A DNA stretch of 64,000 nucleotides, taken from Paraspadella gotoi (taxonomy: Eukaryota; Animalia; Chaetognatha). The position numbers and the translations under genes are program-made. The stretch covers positions 1,462,549 to 1,526,548 of the forward strand of contig CM119268.1 in assembly GCA_051294375.1 (NCBI GenBank), read 5' to 3'. The notes under the pieces are model-generated. The model was given only the letters and a program-made list of their open reading frames with translations. It searched no databases and was not told where the DNA came from. Below, in pieces: positions 26,147 to 38,574 of the stretch. The number at the start of each line of letters is the position of its first letter. Position 1 is the stretch's first letter.

Positions 26147-29100
26147 CATGACTCACCACTACGCAACTGAACTTCTTAAGGTGAGAGATAAAGCCGGCTA
26201 AGGTAAGCGAAAGGTAGAGACGTTTAAATACGGTGGTGGGCGGCGAAGAGACGAAGAAAATTGCAGCGTTTACTATTTAACTGTGAAAAGGGATCCGAAC
26301 ATTTTTTTTTTAAAGTCACCCATCACGATTTTTGTCATATGATTTATCCGTTTAAACGTAACGGCAGTAGCTTACAAATTAATATTTTAAATATAAAATG
26401 TTCTACAATATAATATTTCATGTTTATTTTAGAGAGACTAGGAGTTAAGACTTAATAATAATTGACTTAAAAATAGGGAAGAGCTTGAAAATAATGAAAG
26501 GCCTTCCGTTTTAGGAGAACACCTACGTGAGTAGACGACTGAGCTATAAACTCATTTCTTTCTAAATCANNNNNNNNNNNNNNNNNNNNNNNNNGTGACG
26601 GCAGGTTCCAGTCGATCAACGGAGATCACTTCGACGCCGCGGCCCGTATTTCGATTTGAAGTTTTGGGACCACGTTCGAGACGTTGTAAGGGCCGTCGTA
26701 AGGTGGTTGGAGCGGCGTCGAATGTCCGTCGCGTCGGACGTAGACGCGGTCGGCGTCAGCGAGCATTTCCGCAACATGAGAGGGCGGCGCGCATGCAAGC
26801 GGCCGGGCAGAGGCTGCATGAGAGCAACATCTGCACGGAGATTGTCGAGGATTCGCGCGCGCGGCGGGGCGTCGACGTCGGTTGTTGGGACCGGAAGTAG
26901 CTCTCCAGGAGCGTCAGAGTCTCGCCCAGCGTTAGCTCTGCGGGGAGGCGTCCGAATCTTCTCGCGGAGTTGCGCGAGGCTCAGAGAGACCATGGGAGCT
27001 GCGCCAGCCAGTTATTCCGCGGCGTCGCAGCGGGCGCGCAGGCTGCCTTTTAGCGTCCGATGAAGGCGCTCGACCATCCCGTTGGATTGGGGTGTAGGCG
27101 TCGTCGTGGAAGGTCGAAGCCAACTACCGCCGCCCACTTGGCGCACAATCCGATGTGAATTGGGCGCCACGATCGGTGGTGACAACGGAGGGACGCCAAA
27201 GCGAGAGACCCCAGTTTTGCAGAAGCGGCGGCGACGGAGCGGCGGAGGTGTCACGAAGTGGTGCCGCTTCCGGCAGCGCGTGAAGCGGTCAATCATCGTC
27301 AGAAGATGAGTATGACCAGAGACGGCTGGAGCGTCCCACCAGGTCGATATGGACGTGAGCGGAACCGTTTGGCTGGTGGTTCGAATTTCTGGAGCGGGTG
27401 CGCGGACGTGGCCGCTGCGTCTGGGCGCGCTGACAAGTGTCGCATGACCTGCCCATCGTGCGAGTCGGATGAGGCTGATGGCCATACAAAGCGCGTTCGT
27501 CACGAGCTTTTTGGACGCGCGAACTCCCGGGTGGGCGATGCCATGGGGCATTGAAAATGCGCCGGCGCCATGACGCGGAACAAGTGGGCGTGCCCGGGAG
27601 CCGGAGATGTCGCAAATGATGTCGTGTTTGCTGATCGGAACGTTTTTGAGTCGGAGCGCCGTATGAGGGTCGTTGAGAGCCGTTGGACATCATCGTCGGT
27701 GGCTTGGTCAGCCGCCATTGCCTCAAAGTTGACTTGAGGGCGCCGACGGCGTTGACGGTGGCGGCGATGTCCTCACGCTCTTTTTGCGCGTTCAAGTTTA
27801 CTTCAGGTTGATCTGTAAGGATATTCGACGTGGTGGCGCTGGTGGAGGAGTTGGCGGGCGAGAGGGCGTCGGCGACGACGTTCGCCTTTCCGGCGATATG
27901 ACGGATGCGCCAGTATATTCGGCGATGCCTGCCAGTTGATAGGGTTTGCCTCATGGTGTGAGGTTCAGCCTTTTTCCGTAGCGCCGGCACAAGCGAGATA
28001 TGGTCGCTAAAGAGCGTGAAGCGGCGTCCTTCAACGTATGGGCCGGAAATGGCGAATCGAGGCGTGGGCGGCGAGAAAGCTCCTTGTCGAAGGGCGGCCA
28101 TTTTCGTGATTGGGTTTCAGTGGCTTTGAATGAAAACCCAGGGCTGCCATTGGCCATCGACAAGCTGTTCGAGGACGGGCCAACGGCGACGTCAGAGGCA
28201 TCGACGGTAAAGAGCGAGAGGAGCGCCGTCGATAGGGTGGACCAGCATTGTGGAATCGGCAAAAGAGCGTCCTTGATTGCCTGGAAAGCGGGTCTGGCGG
28301 GGCCGCCCATTTTAGCGCGCGCGGTTTTCCGCGGAGAACTCAAGAAGGGGGGTCGAGATGATGTGCGGCATGGGGCACGAATCGGCGGTAGTAGTTGAAG
28401 ACCCGAGAAAACGTTGAGTTCTTTGACGGTGGTGGGCGCGTGGCATCTCGCGTAGCGCCTCTACTTTGACGGAAGGGGCGGACGCCGTCTTTGTCAACGT
28501 TGTATCCAAGAAACTCCAGGCTGGAGGCGCGAAAAAACGCATTTGGCGCGGTTAACGATGAGGCGTTGTCGGCGAGCCGGTGAAGACGCGCTTGAGATCC
28601 TCTTGATGTTCTTCGTGTGAGTGGGATGGCCACGCAGCAGGTCATCCAAGTAGACGAAGACATGGGGAATGCCGCTCAGGACTTGATCCATCATGCGTTG
28701 AAATCCTGACCGGCGTTTTTCAACCAAACGGCATGAAGAGGAACTCGTAGAGGCCGAACGGCGTGATGATCGCCGTTTTATGACGATCTCTTTCGCGACA
28801 GGGATCTGATGATATCCCTTGCAAGGTCGATCTTGAAAAAAACCGTCTTCCCGGCGACGTCGGCGTTGAAGTCCCATGAGGTGGCGGATCGGTAGCGATC
28901 GTCGACGGTGACGCCGTTGAGGCGTCGATAGTCGCCACAAGGACGGAGAGACCGTAGGTTTCCGGGTGACGTGTAGCGGCGACGCCCAAGCGGATGTAGA
29001 GCGACGTATAATCCCGAGTTCCAGCATCTTCTCGAACTCGGCCTTGGCGGCGGCAGCTGATCTGGGGCGAGGCGGCGGGCGCGGGCGAAACGGCGGACCT

Positions 29101-32100
29101 TTCGTCGGAATATGATGCTCAACGCCGTGCTTGGGCGGCGCCGAGTTAAAGACGAGTTTTGTGAGTTCTGGTCGCCCATCTAGAAGAGAGGAGTAGGCGT
29201 CACGTCGACGTGGAGGACGCGAGCGGTGCCGCGGCGGAGGCGGCATCGTGAGCATGCCCAGAAATGACATGTAGTCGTCGGAGATCATAGAAGGATGCGG
29301 CGTTGATGATCAACGCCGAGATGGTGCTCCATCAAAAAGTCGGCGCCGAGGATGGCGTGGCAACATCGGCTATGATGACCAGGATACAGGAAAACACGTT
29401 TTCCCAGTCGATCCCCATCTCTCGATGCCGAAAGTTTCGATGGGCGTGTCCGTTGGCGGCGCGAGTGGCGGGGCATTGGCGCGTTAAGACGGTGCTTTTT
29501 ACAGCGGGCGGGTCCGCCTTGGCGGCGGCGCGATCGGCCCCGGCAGAGGCGGGGATGAGCGTTCCTCGAGCCGCCGTCGACGAGCCCACTCCAGGCCGGC
29601 GTTCAGGGGCGTCCGCACAGAGAAATAGTATTTAATTGTCAGTTCATTTCGGCCAGCGACGCGGCGCGACTAAGCGGCCGCCGGCGTTTGGCATTTGACG
29701 GCCGCCATTGGGCATGGGCGGTCGCGGTTAGTCCCGTAGGCACTTAAACGCATTGTGCGCCAAAGTAGTATATAATGGTAGAAACACTTGGCTTCTATAC
29801 CATGGCGGTTCGCGGTGGTGGCAGGGAGCGCGGGCGTTAGAATTGCGCGGCGTCGTTGCTGTTGAGTCCGCCTGCTTCGCATTGGGCGCTGCTGCGATGC
29901 GGCTGCTGCTGCACGAAGGTGTGGATTGAGCGCGCTGGCTGGGTCGGCGCCACTGCATTTTGCATTTAAGCAGATTGTGCCGCGTTGTCGTACGTCGCTT
30001 GCTGAAATATCATCTGGATCCAGGTTTGGCTCGATCCACTGTAAGCCTCAATGCGAAGGTGACGGCGTCTATTTACCGTGCATTTGTTGCGGTCAGAGCT
30101 ACGGAGTTGTCCAAGAAGGAGAAAAAAAATCTCGTCGGCATCCTTGGCGATGGTCGGCGGGCTTCACTTGTACCCTCCTGAACGGCGCTGCTCTCTGACG
30201 CTTTGAGGAGCGGCGGCGGCAAGATAGGACGGCCTTTTAGATATTTTCGATGGTGAGCGCCTTCCAGGACGGCCTCTGAGCGCGGAGAGGTGTTGAGATG
30301 GAGTGACGCCTTTCAGTGACGTCATCTTCAACGCCTTGTCGGCCGCTGCTGTTGGTCATCTTCACCATAGATCTTCTGGAGGTGGAGAGACGAGATTCTT
30401 CGTGAGCGTCGGGACCTTCGTCGATGCGATAAGACCATGTTGGAATTAACCGGGTGGCGCGAGATTGGGAATGGCGCTGGAGGATCTGCGCCTCTTTTCC
30501 GCCGGCTCAGTGACGCAGGTGCGCCGAATTCCACGGGCGGTGTGGTCTAGCCATCCTCGATGTGGTCGGGGGTCAAAGTCGTCAGCTTTGGGTTTCTTCG
30601 TCTGTCGCGCTAGCTGACGGGAAGGGCGTCAGGGTGCCCACCGCCGGGGCGGCGTCGCTGGCGCCTTCCCCACCGGGACGAAGGGGGGCAATCCGTTGAA
30701 GGGTACTTGCGTCCGCTGAAGGAGATTCGTCCCTTCCGTGACCGGGCGGAGTTTGGTATTGATTGTCGAATACCATCTGAAACAGTTTTTCTATTTGCAT
30801 TTCGAGCGGGCGTCGCGAGATGTCGAGGCGCGGCGTCGTGGAATATGCTGCGTCGCGACCGGCCGCTGTCAGGATTTGGGAGGGCGTTACGCGTGGTCAC
30901 CGCATCGCGGTTTCATGTCTTCGTCGGCGGGCGGATTTGGAGGGCGTGTGACGCTTCGGGTAAGAGACGCGGCATTTAAAAGAAAATATTATTCACTTTT
31001 TGAAAAAATTATTTTGCCCTTGAGAATAAAAGCATATGATTAGCTTTTTAAAAAATGATTCAATTATTAAAAATATTTTTGAAGAGTTGTATTGGGCAAA
31101 AAAACGATTCGATCGAGAGAATTTGATGAGAAAAAAAAGATTTGGCAAAAAACGGGTTTAAATTAAAAAATTTAATTTAAAAAAAAATGGTTTGAATTAA
31201 AAATTTGGTTTCGGCGACAATCGCGCGAGTTTGTTTCGATTTTGTTGGGAGTAGGTTTTCCTTGTTTTTTGTTTTGTTTTTTGTTTCGTTTTGTTTTCTT
31301 TTTTATATTTTTTCACGTTCGGGCTCACCACGTGTGCGAGCCGCAATACAATGTTTCAGAGTAAGAATGATTCTTATTCTTCAACAAACGTTATAAACCA
31401 ATTAAACAGTCAAAATGCTCATGATGCTAAGTCTATTACAATGGTATTTACAAAGGGTCAACGTTTTTGACCATTAAAGGTCCAACCGGTTTTTGACCAT
31501 AAATTAGTTGGGGAAATGGCGAGAGGTAAGGTTGGTAAGGTCATGTGGTTGACCAAGGTTGCGTGTTAGATGTTCGCTCCACAAGAGCTTGAATAAAAAT
31601 GAAAGGCCTTCCGTTTTAGGAACACCTACGTGAGTAGACGAACTGAGAGCTATAAACTATTTTTCTTTCCTAAATTATCAAATCCACTGCTTTCAAATCA
31701 CTGCTTCAACTCACTGCTTCAAATCACTGCTTCAAATCACTGCCACCTTCCACCATTACTACAACTCCCCACCTGCGTTCGATCAACTCCGCCAAGAAAT
31801 AACAGCCCGCTAGGTCGTCTGTCATACATTCGGACTGACTCTCGAAAATTCGGCGTCAAATCGTCGTGGTCCTCGACGCGCGCCGTCGCGCGAATGCTCA
31901 ACACCGGCGCCAACGAGTGACGCCGACACAACCACGCCGAGAGGCGCCTTTGGACGTTCGGCTTCCGGCGCTCACCTGGGGGCGTGGGTTCGAAGAGCGC
32001 GCGCTAACGGCCGGCGTCCGGGAAACGTTCGCGCGGGACGCGGAGTGACGACGTAGTGGAGATCGGGCACGGCGCGTCGGAAGGCGGTGCCTGAAGCACG

Positions 32101-35016
32101 GGCTGAGGACGGAAGGGGGAATAAAAAAAACAAAAGGGGAAACCCTATTTTTAAAATAAGGATTTAAAACAAATAATCTTTTTCATACAATTGAAAACTT
32201 CTTTTGAAAATTTTTCCACTTCATTGATAGGGAAGCCATGGTACTCTTGGGAGTGAATAAACGGGACTGTGAGAGAAGCTTCGTTTTGAAAGCTTGCAGG
32301 ACCTGCTATGTCATTATCTTGCTAAGAGTGATGGAGCCTTAAACCACCAAAAGCCTGGTCCAAAGTCAGGGGCAAGATAGCTTATTTATTAAATGAATGA
32401 TAATTTTTATATTGGTTTACCAATTTCATAATAGTCGTAAAATATAAAACGGAGAGAAGAACAACTTGTGAGCAAAAAATAGTAAACAGGACGAGATTAA
32501 AAAAACAAACAAAAAAAAAAAAAAAAAAAAAACAGACAAAAAAAAAAAATAAAAAAGAAAGACAAAAACAAAAATATAGCTAGTCCGTTTTCAACTACAT
32601 TAAAACTAAAACAGGATTTCTTAAATTTCCCAAACAAAACATTTTAACCCATAGTAATGGCAAATAAACAAAAAAAAACAAGAATTTTTTGAAAACATTC
32701 GTCTAGGCCACATAAAAAAACTATTCTAATATCCTTAACGCTTTCTTGCCTACCTTACCTCCTTTCCACTCCAGGACGAGTCCCATCGCGCCCTGGTGGC
32801 GGAATGCGGCGGTGGCGCCATCGCCTTCATGAGCGTCTCCGCCGACGTCAACGTCAAGTTGCTCGCCGAATGCTTCGAGCTGGGACCTCTCCACGGACTC
32901 AGGTGATTTGCATAAATATCACTCGATCAATGCGTCAATAAAATTATCAATCTATCAATCAAAGAAAGGATCGGTCAATCGGACAAGTAAACAATCAATC
33001 AATTGATAAAGCAATCAATTGATTAATAAATCGTTACATTTAAGAATCAATCAAGGAATAAATTAAACAATAAATCCATAAATCAAAATTAAATCTATCA
33101 ATCTTTTTTTTTTCCTCCAAGACATCCACACCCGAAAGACGTGCTCAGCGAAGGCGGCGCCTCCAGTCGCGCCTCGCCCACAGCTCCGACGGCCTCCGGC
33201 GCCGCCGCGGTCTCCGGCTCCGCTGCTGCTGCCGCCGACGCTCAGAATACTCTGTCCGACCGATCGGCTATCGAGGACGATTCCGCCAGCGCCAAGACGC
33301 CCAAACCCGTCGGCGGAAGCGTCGGCGGCGTCGGCGATAGCAACGACGTGAGCGCTTCCAACGGTTCTTTGGCGCCGTCGCTGAAGATCCGCCGCAAGCT
33401 GAGCGACGCCCGCGTGCTGGAGGAAGGAGCGGAAACGCTGCTTCGGCCGGAATCGCTTCCGGGCGACGACGCCGACGACGACGATGATGACGACGACGAC
33501 CCGCTTCTGTCCTTCGTTCCTCAACGTCGATTCGATCCGGTCTACTGCGGAGAATCCAACGCTTTTTGCATTCAACTCTTTTGCATCCACGAGGAGTTTG
33601 AGAGTCGATCCATCGACTTCTTGCCCAAGGTGCTCTTCCGGGAATTTTAAATTTTGTTCTGTTTTGTTATTCATTAATTTCCCAAAATCTATTTTGCATA
33701 TTGCCGTTCGGAGAAAAATCGCTTTGTTTTTCATCTTAATTCTTTATTATTATTTTTTAATTGTGGTTCTGAGTTGTAGTTCATTCAGATTGCGATGTCG
33801 CCGGCGATTCACGCATGAATCGCAGGTGTGGTTCGAGTTGGTTTGCTCCTTCGCCAGTGATAAAAGTAGCGAATATATAACGAAAGGAGCGAGTTAGAGG
33901 AGAGGCGCGCGGCTTGTGTTGAGGCAAGAGGCGCCAGCGCCGACGGCCGGAGTGGCCCTGACCCAAAACCTAGTCCAACTCCCTCCAATCCTAACCCTGT
34001 GCCTCAACGTCAGGGTGCTGGCGATATATATATATATATACATTATACATTATACATTATACATATGTATGGACCAATTGTCGAGCAAATTGACTAGCAC
34101 GAAAAACTGTTCAATAGGGTGGAGTGATGAAAAGATTGAGTGATTGAACATTATTTTTTTGCTGCCTATGGACATATAATTAATAAATTTTAAATCCTTT
34201 TAAAAAATTTTTTAGCATAACAGTATAGCAAATTCAATTATTTATGTAGTAATATCCTTATAAAATCGTCAAATTTCAAAATAATTTTTTTTTATTTTTA
34301 AGAACTGATTTGGATTCGCTGTAAAAAACTAAGAAACTTTTATAAAATATGTTATATGATATTTTAATGTTTAGACCACAAAAAATGATTAAAACGTTTT
34401 AACATATATAAGTTTCTACTACAGAGAATAAAAAAGTTAAGAATTTTCACCTTTTTTCTTATTTTAAACATTGAAGATGACAGAATTTTTGATAACATGT
34501 TTTATATTTTTGATTCAACTTTTTATGAAGAATCTGAATCTTTAATAAAAGTTTTATAAAAAATATTTTTAAAATTTACTATTTTATAAGGATATTACTA
34601 CAAATATATTATATTTTACTATTCTGTTCCCGAGATAATATGAACAAAATATTTTTTGTACTAATTAATCATACTATCTCACATCTAAATATCATTGTTC
34701 GATCATTCAAATAAATTTTTTGATCTTGAGTGCTCCACTCTACTGTTCAACTCCTCGACCCTATCCCTTAAGGTCTTCGAACTCTTCCCCGACCGGGACT
34801 ACTGCGTGGTGACCGTACCGCACCTCGTACCGGAGTTCCCTCTGCTCCAGCACTTCGTCCGCGTCTCCCCACGTCACTCCTCCACTCTGCCGCAGGAGTT
34901 GTACGCGTTTCATCGCGACGGTCTAACTTGCCAGACTCGTGGTGGAGCAAGTAGAGGTGATATGGAAGGCGGAAGGGTCTCTCTCTCTCTCTCGTCTCTT
35001 CTCTCTACTACTCTCG

Positions 35017-35050
<34 letters not shown>

Positions 35051-35317
35051 CTCATTCTCAACTTAACCCTGCCGAAACGACTCCAACCTTTCCTTACCCG
35101 CCGATTTCGTCAAAAGTTTTCCGACTTTCCGCCGGTCGAGCGCCTCTGCCGATCGACTCGACCTCAACGAGAACTTACTCGCCGACCTCCGAGCATGCCT
35201 CGACGACATGGTCGACGCCCGCGGCATACCCATGCGTGCCTTCGTCGCTAAGAGCTTGGGTCAGGTCGTCGGTGTCGCCGTGGTCAGGTGAGGGGAAAAA
35301 TAAACAAAAGACCGACA

Positions 35318-35385
<68 letters not shown>

Positions 35386-37110
35386 AGGAAAGAAAAAAGG
35401 AAATAAAAAAGTTTAAAAAAAAAGATAAGAGTGAATGAGAAAGAGAAAGAAAGAAACAGAAAAGAAGTAAGACAATAAAATAAAGCAAGCAATCAAGCAA
35501 GCACCTCCTTAACCTTGTAAACAGAGATGAAGAGGACGTGGAGTTCCTTCGTTCTCGATTCGACGTTGAAGATTTCCTCTACTTCGCTCATCACGAACGC
35601 GAAGAGCACGGCCGCCTCCACCACTTCGCCCTCGCCGCCACCTTCGACAAGTACTACAAGCACTTCCTCAAGGAGATCCTCCGCCGGTGCCGCAAGACCA
35701 GCCTCTACTATCCCGTCTATCCGCCTTGGGCGCCGCCGGAGGTCGTCCGGCATCACACCCTAATCTCCGGCATGCATCATTTCGTGCCGGTGCGGGCTCG
35801 TCGGCAGATCGTCTATCCGGAGACGGCGCTGGGCGTCAACGCGCCTTCGACGTCGGTGCTTCGAAAACCGGAAGTGCCGCACGCGCTCGTCCACGTCAAC
35901 GTCAAGCTGGTGTTAGAGCCGAAGGTGGTGGTCAACGCCAGGGTGGTCGTGGTGGGCGCGTCCACGGTGGCGCTGGCGTTTCTGGAAACGTTCGTCTTTA
36001 GTCCGAATTTGAGGTTCAACAATTTGGTGCTGATTTCGCCGCACGGGCTTCCCGGAGATTTGGGGCCGGACGAGGCCAGGGATAAGTTGAGGTAAGGAAG
36101 GTAAGGGATTTAAGCGGGTGAGGTGCACAGTTTTTTTCTTTTATTTTTCGTAATAATGTCACACTAACCAAATAAATTTTTTTTTATGCCATTTATTAGT
36201 TGAGTTGAGTTATTAAGAGTTTGTCCTCACGCTTCCCGCTCAATGAGCCACCGGGTCAGGACTGAAGGTGTAATGCTTACAGACGGGGTCAACTTAATGC
36301 AAATCCCGCCTTCAAGTTTAGCGAAACGGGGTCTGCTTAACCCTGTCGGTGCATGGAGCAATATACTGAACCGAAGTTCAGAGATTACTAATTTATGAAA
36401 AGCTCATTCATTACTACATAATAATTAATTTGATGATTCTCTCTCTCTTCGCCTGTTCATTTAAAACATTTAGAAATAGCTACTCTTTTATAAAACCACC
36501 ACGCAGCGCTTCCACCTATTACTACGAAACCCCTCGCTTGGCCGAGATCTCTCTTCGCACTTGGTGTCACGTCGTCCACGGCCGCATGACGGGCGTGGAC
36601 CGTCACAAGAAACACGTCATAGTGGACGGCGTCGCACGCATCCCTTACGATCACCTCGTCGTCTGCACGGGAACGCAGTATCAGATCCCGGCGCCGATCG
36701 AAGCGCCGCCGTCGGCCGCGCCGTCGGAATCCCACGTCAAGGGCGCCGCCTACAACGGAATCGCGCCGGAAAATCTCTTCACCGTCAACGACGAGGTTGA
36801 CGCCGCGAGGGCGCTGCGATTCCTCCGTCGCCGGTTGCGTCGGGGCGGCGGCGACGACGACAACAACAACAAGACCGTCGTCGTCTTCGGCAACACCGTC
36901 GACGTCTACACCTGCATCTCCGTCCTACTCGAAATCGGCGTCGCAGGTGCCGACATCGTCCTTCTCCTCAAATCCTCGGCGTCCGGCGTCACTTGCTTCA
37001 ACGACGGACGCGTGGAGAACGCCGTGGGCGCCGCCATGGCGTCGGCCGGCGTCGTGGTTCATCACGGCGCGACGCTGGTCTCGTGGCGGGACCGGGAGAG
37101 CGGCGAGGAG

Positions 37111-37165
<55 letters not shown>

Positions 37166-37907
37166 TCGAGAGAAAGGCGGGTCGGAAACGGTTGACGGCG
37201 ATGATCTTCGATTGCGAAGGAAAACGAGTGGAGATCGAATGCCTCGCCGCTTTTTGTTACGCCCACAAGGGTGAGTTGTTTTGCTTTTAGTTTTTTCTTT
37301 GTTTTTCTTTGATTTCGCTGTATCGTTTCGTTTTATTTTTGTTTTTTTGTTTATTTTGATATCATAATTTTATTTCCCTTTTTTTCCTTCTATTAATTCT
37401 TTTTGATTTCATTACGACTACACCCTTCCCCCCCCCCGCACACAACACCCCCCCTCCCTCCCCCCCAAAACAAAAACCAGGCGTGGACCCGTGGCCTTCA
37501 AAGCCGTCAACGACGCCTGCCTCGTTTTCGACGAGCGAATCGTCATCGATCACAACTTCCACACCAACGACGTCTCCATCCGCGCCGCGGGACCCGTTCA
37601 ACCAAAGTTCGCCCGACGCTACCACGCCGACGGCTGCACCCACGCCGTCTTCAACTCGAGGGAAGTCGGCGCCGAGTTGGCCAACAATCTCCTCGGGCTC
37701 TTCGATCCGGCGGCCGGGGAAGGGGAGGAGGAGGAGGAGAGAGGAGGAGGAGGAGGAGGAGGAGGAGGGGCGGAGTTGAATCTGGTGCCTTTGTACAACA
37801 TGGCCACGATTCAAGTGAGAAGGGGATGGATTCTTGGTGATGAGGATGGTTCTACTGGTTTTATTTTGTTTTTTTCTTTGATTAATTGATTGATTGATTG
37901 ATTGATG

Positions 37908-37943
<36 letters not shown>

Positions 37944-38541
37944 GATTCTTCATTGATTCATTAATTCTTTAATTCATTCAATTCATTCATTCATTCATTC
38001 ATTCATTCATTAATTCATTCCTTCAATTAATCATTCATTCATGTAATCTTTCATTCATTCATTAATTTTTCCATTCATTCATTTATTCTTTCATTTTTTC
38101 TTTCATTAATTAATTTATTCATTCATTGATGTTGACCGATTTCATCCCTTCAATCTCCGACTCAAGTCCGCCACTCTCCCCGGCGGCTTCGAATATCTCC
38201 ACGTCGCCAAGCCGCTCGTCGACGGCGTCGCCGAGCCTCTCGAGACCCAAGAGGCGAAGGGCGAAGACTTTGGCGTCGTCGTCGTCACCGGAAGTCCGGA
38301 CGACGACGAGGGCGACGCCACGCGGGGATACTTCCGTCTCCACGTGGATCAATACTCGGCCGTTCAGACGCTGACGTGTCTGAGTCGAGTCAAAGGCTCC
38401 ATCAAGGCGTCCAACTTCATCTGTCTCTACGGACTCCACGAAAGGTTTGAGGAGTCTCGTTTGAATTGAGGGCAAACAATGAAAGATGATGACGATGATG
38501 ATGATCATGATGATGATGAAGATTATCATAATGATAATGAA

Positions 38542-38574
<33 letters not shown>

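Larger units (their letters stand above)
26595..31583 (-). mobile_element. Ty3/Gypsy LTR retrotransposon, CsRn1-like lineage, in a CFAP61 intron; 3' end lost in the N gap
   Basis: 5' LTR with TG...CA ends; tRNA-Trp-like PBS; gag CHCC-type knuckle (CFYH..FG..A.KC...PC, ~29710-29790); protease ILGADFL; RT SAWASPLHV, GDYRRLN, KIDL..GYHQIPV, ITPFGLYEF and VFVYLDD (YLDD at 28641-28652); RNase H TVDASDVAVG; integrase HGIAHPG, HVHIDLVG, LTMIDRFTR, PQSNGMVERLHRTLK. Many frameshifts. Confidence 0.93.
26467..32154. repeat. Perfect 12-bp inverted repeat bounding the inverted block
   Basis: TTAAAAATAGGG at 26467-26478 and CCCTATTTTTAA at 32143-32154. Confidence 0.8.

Noticed and set aside
26595-30979. 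Plus-strand GC-rich ORFs within the CFAP61 intron as the missing exon or extra genes
   Set aside because: They are antisense shadows of Gypsy gag-pol and none has CFAP61 motifs.
34921-37500. CFAP61 as a frameshifted pseudogene
   Set aside because: The few 1-nt indels occur in a scaffold with visible long-read errors. Long exons are open, conserved and keep their splice phases.
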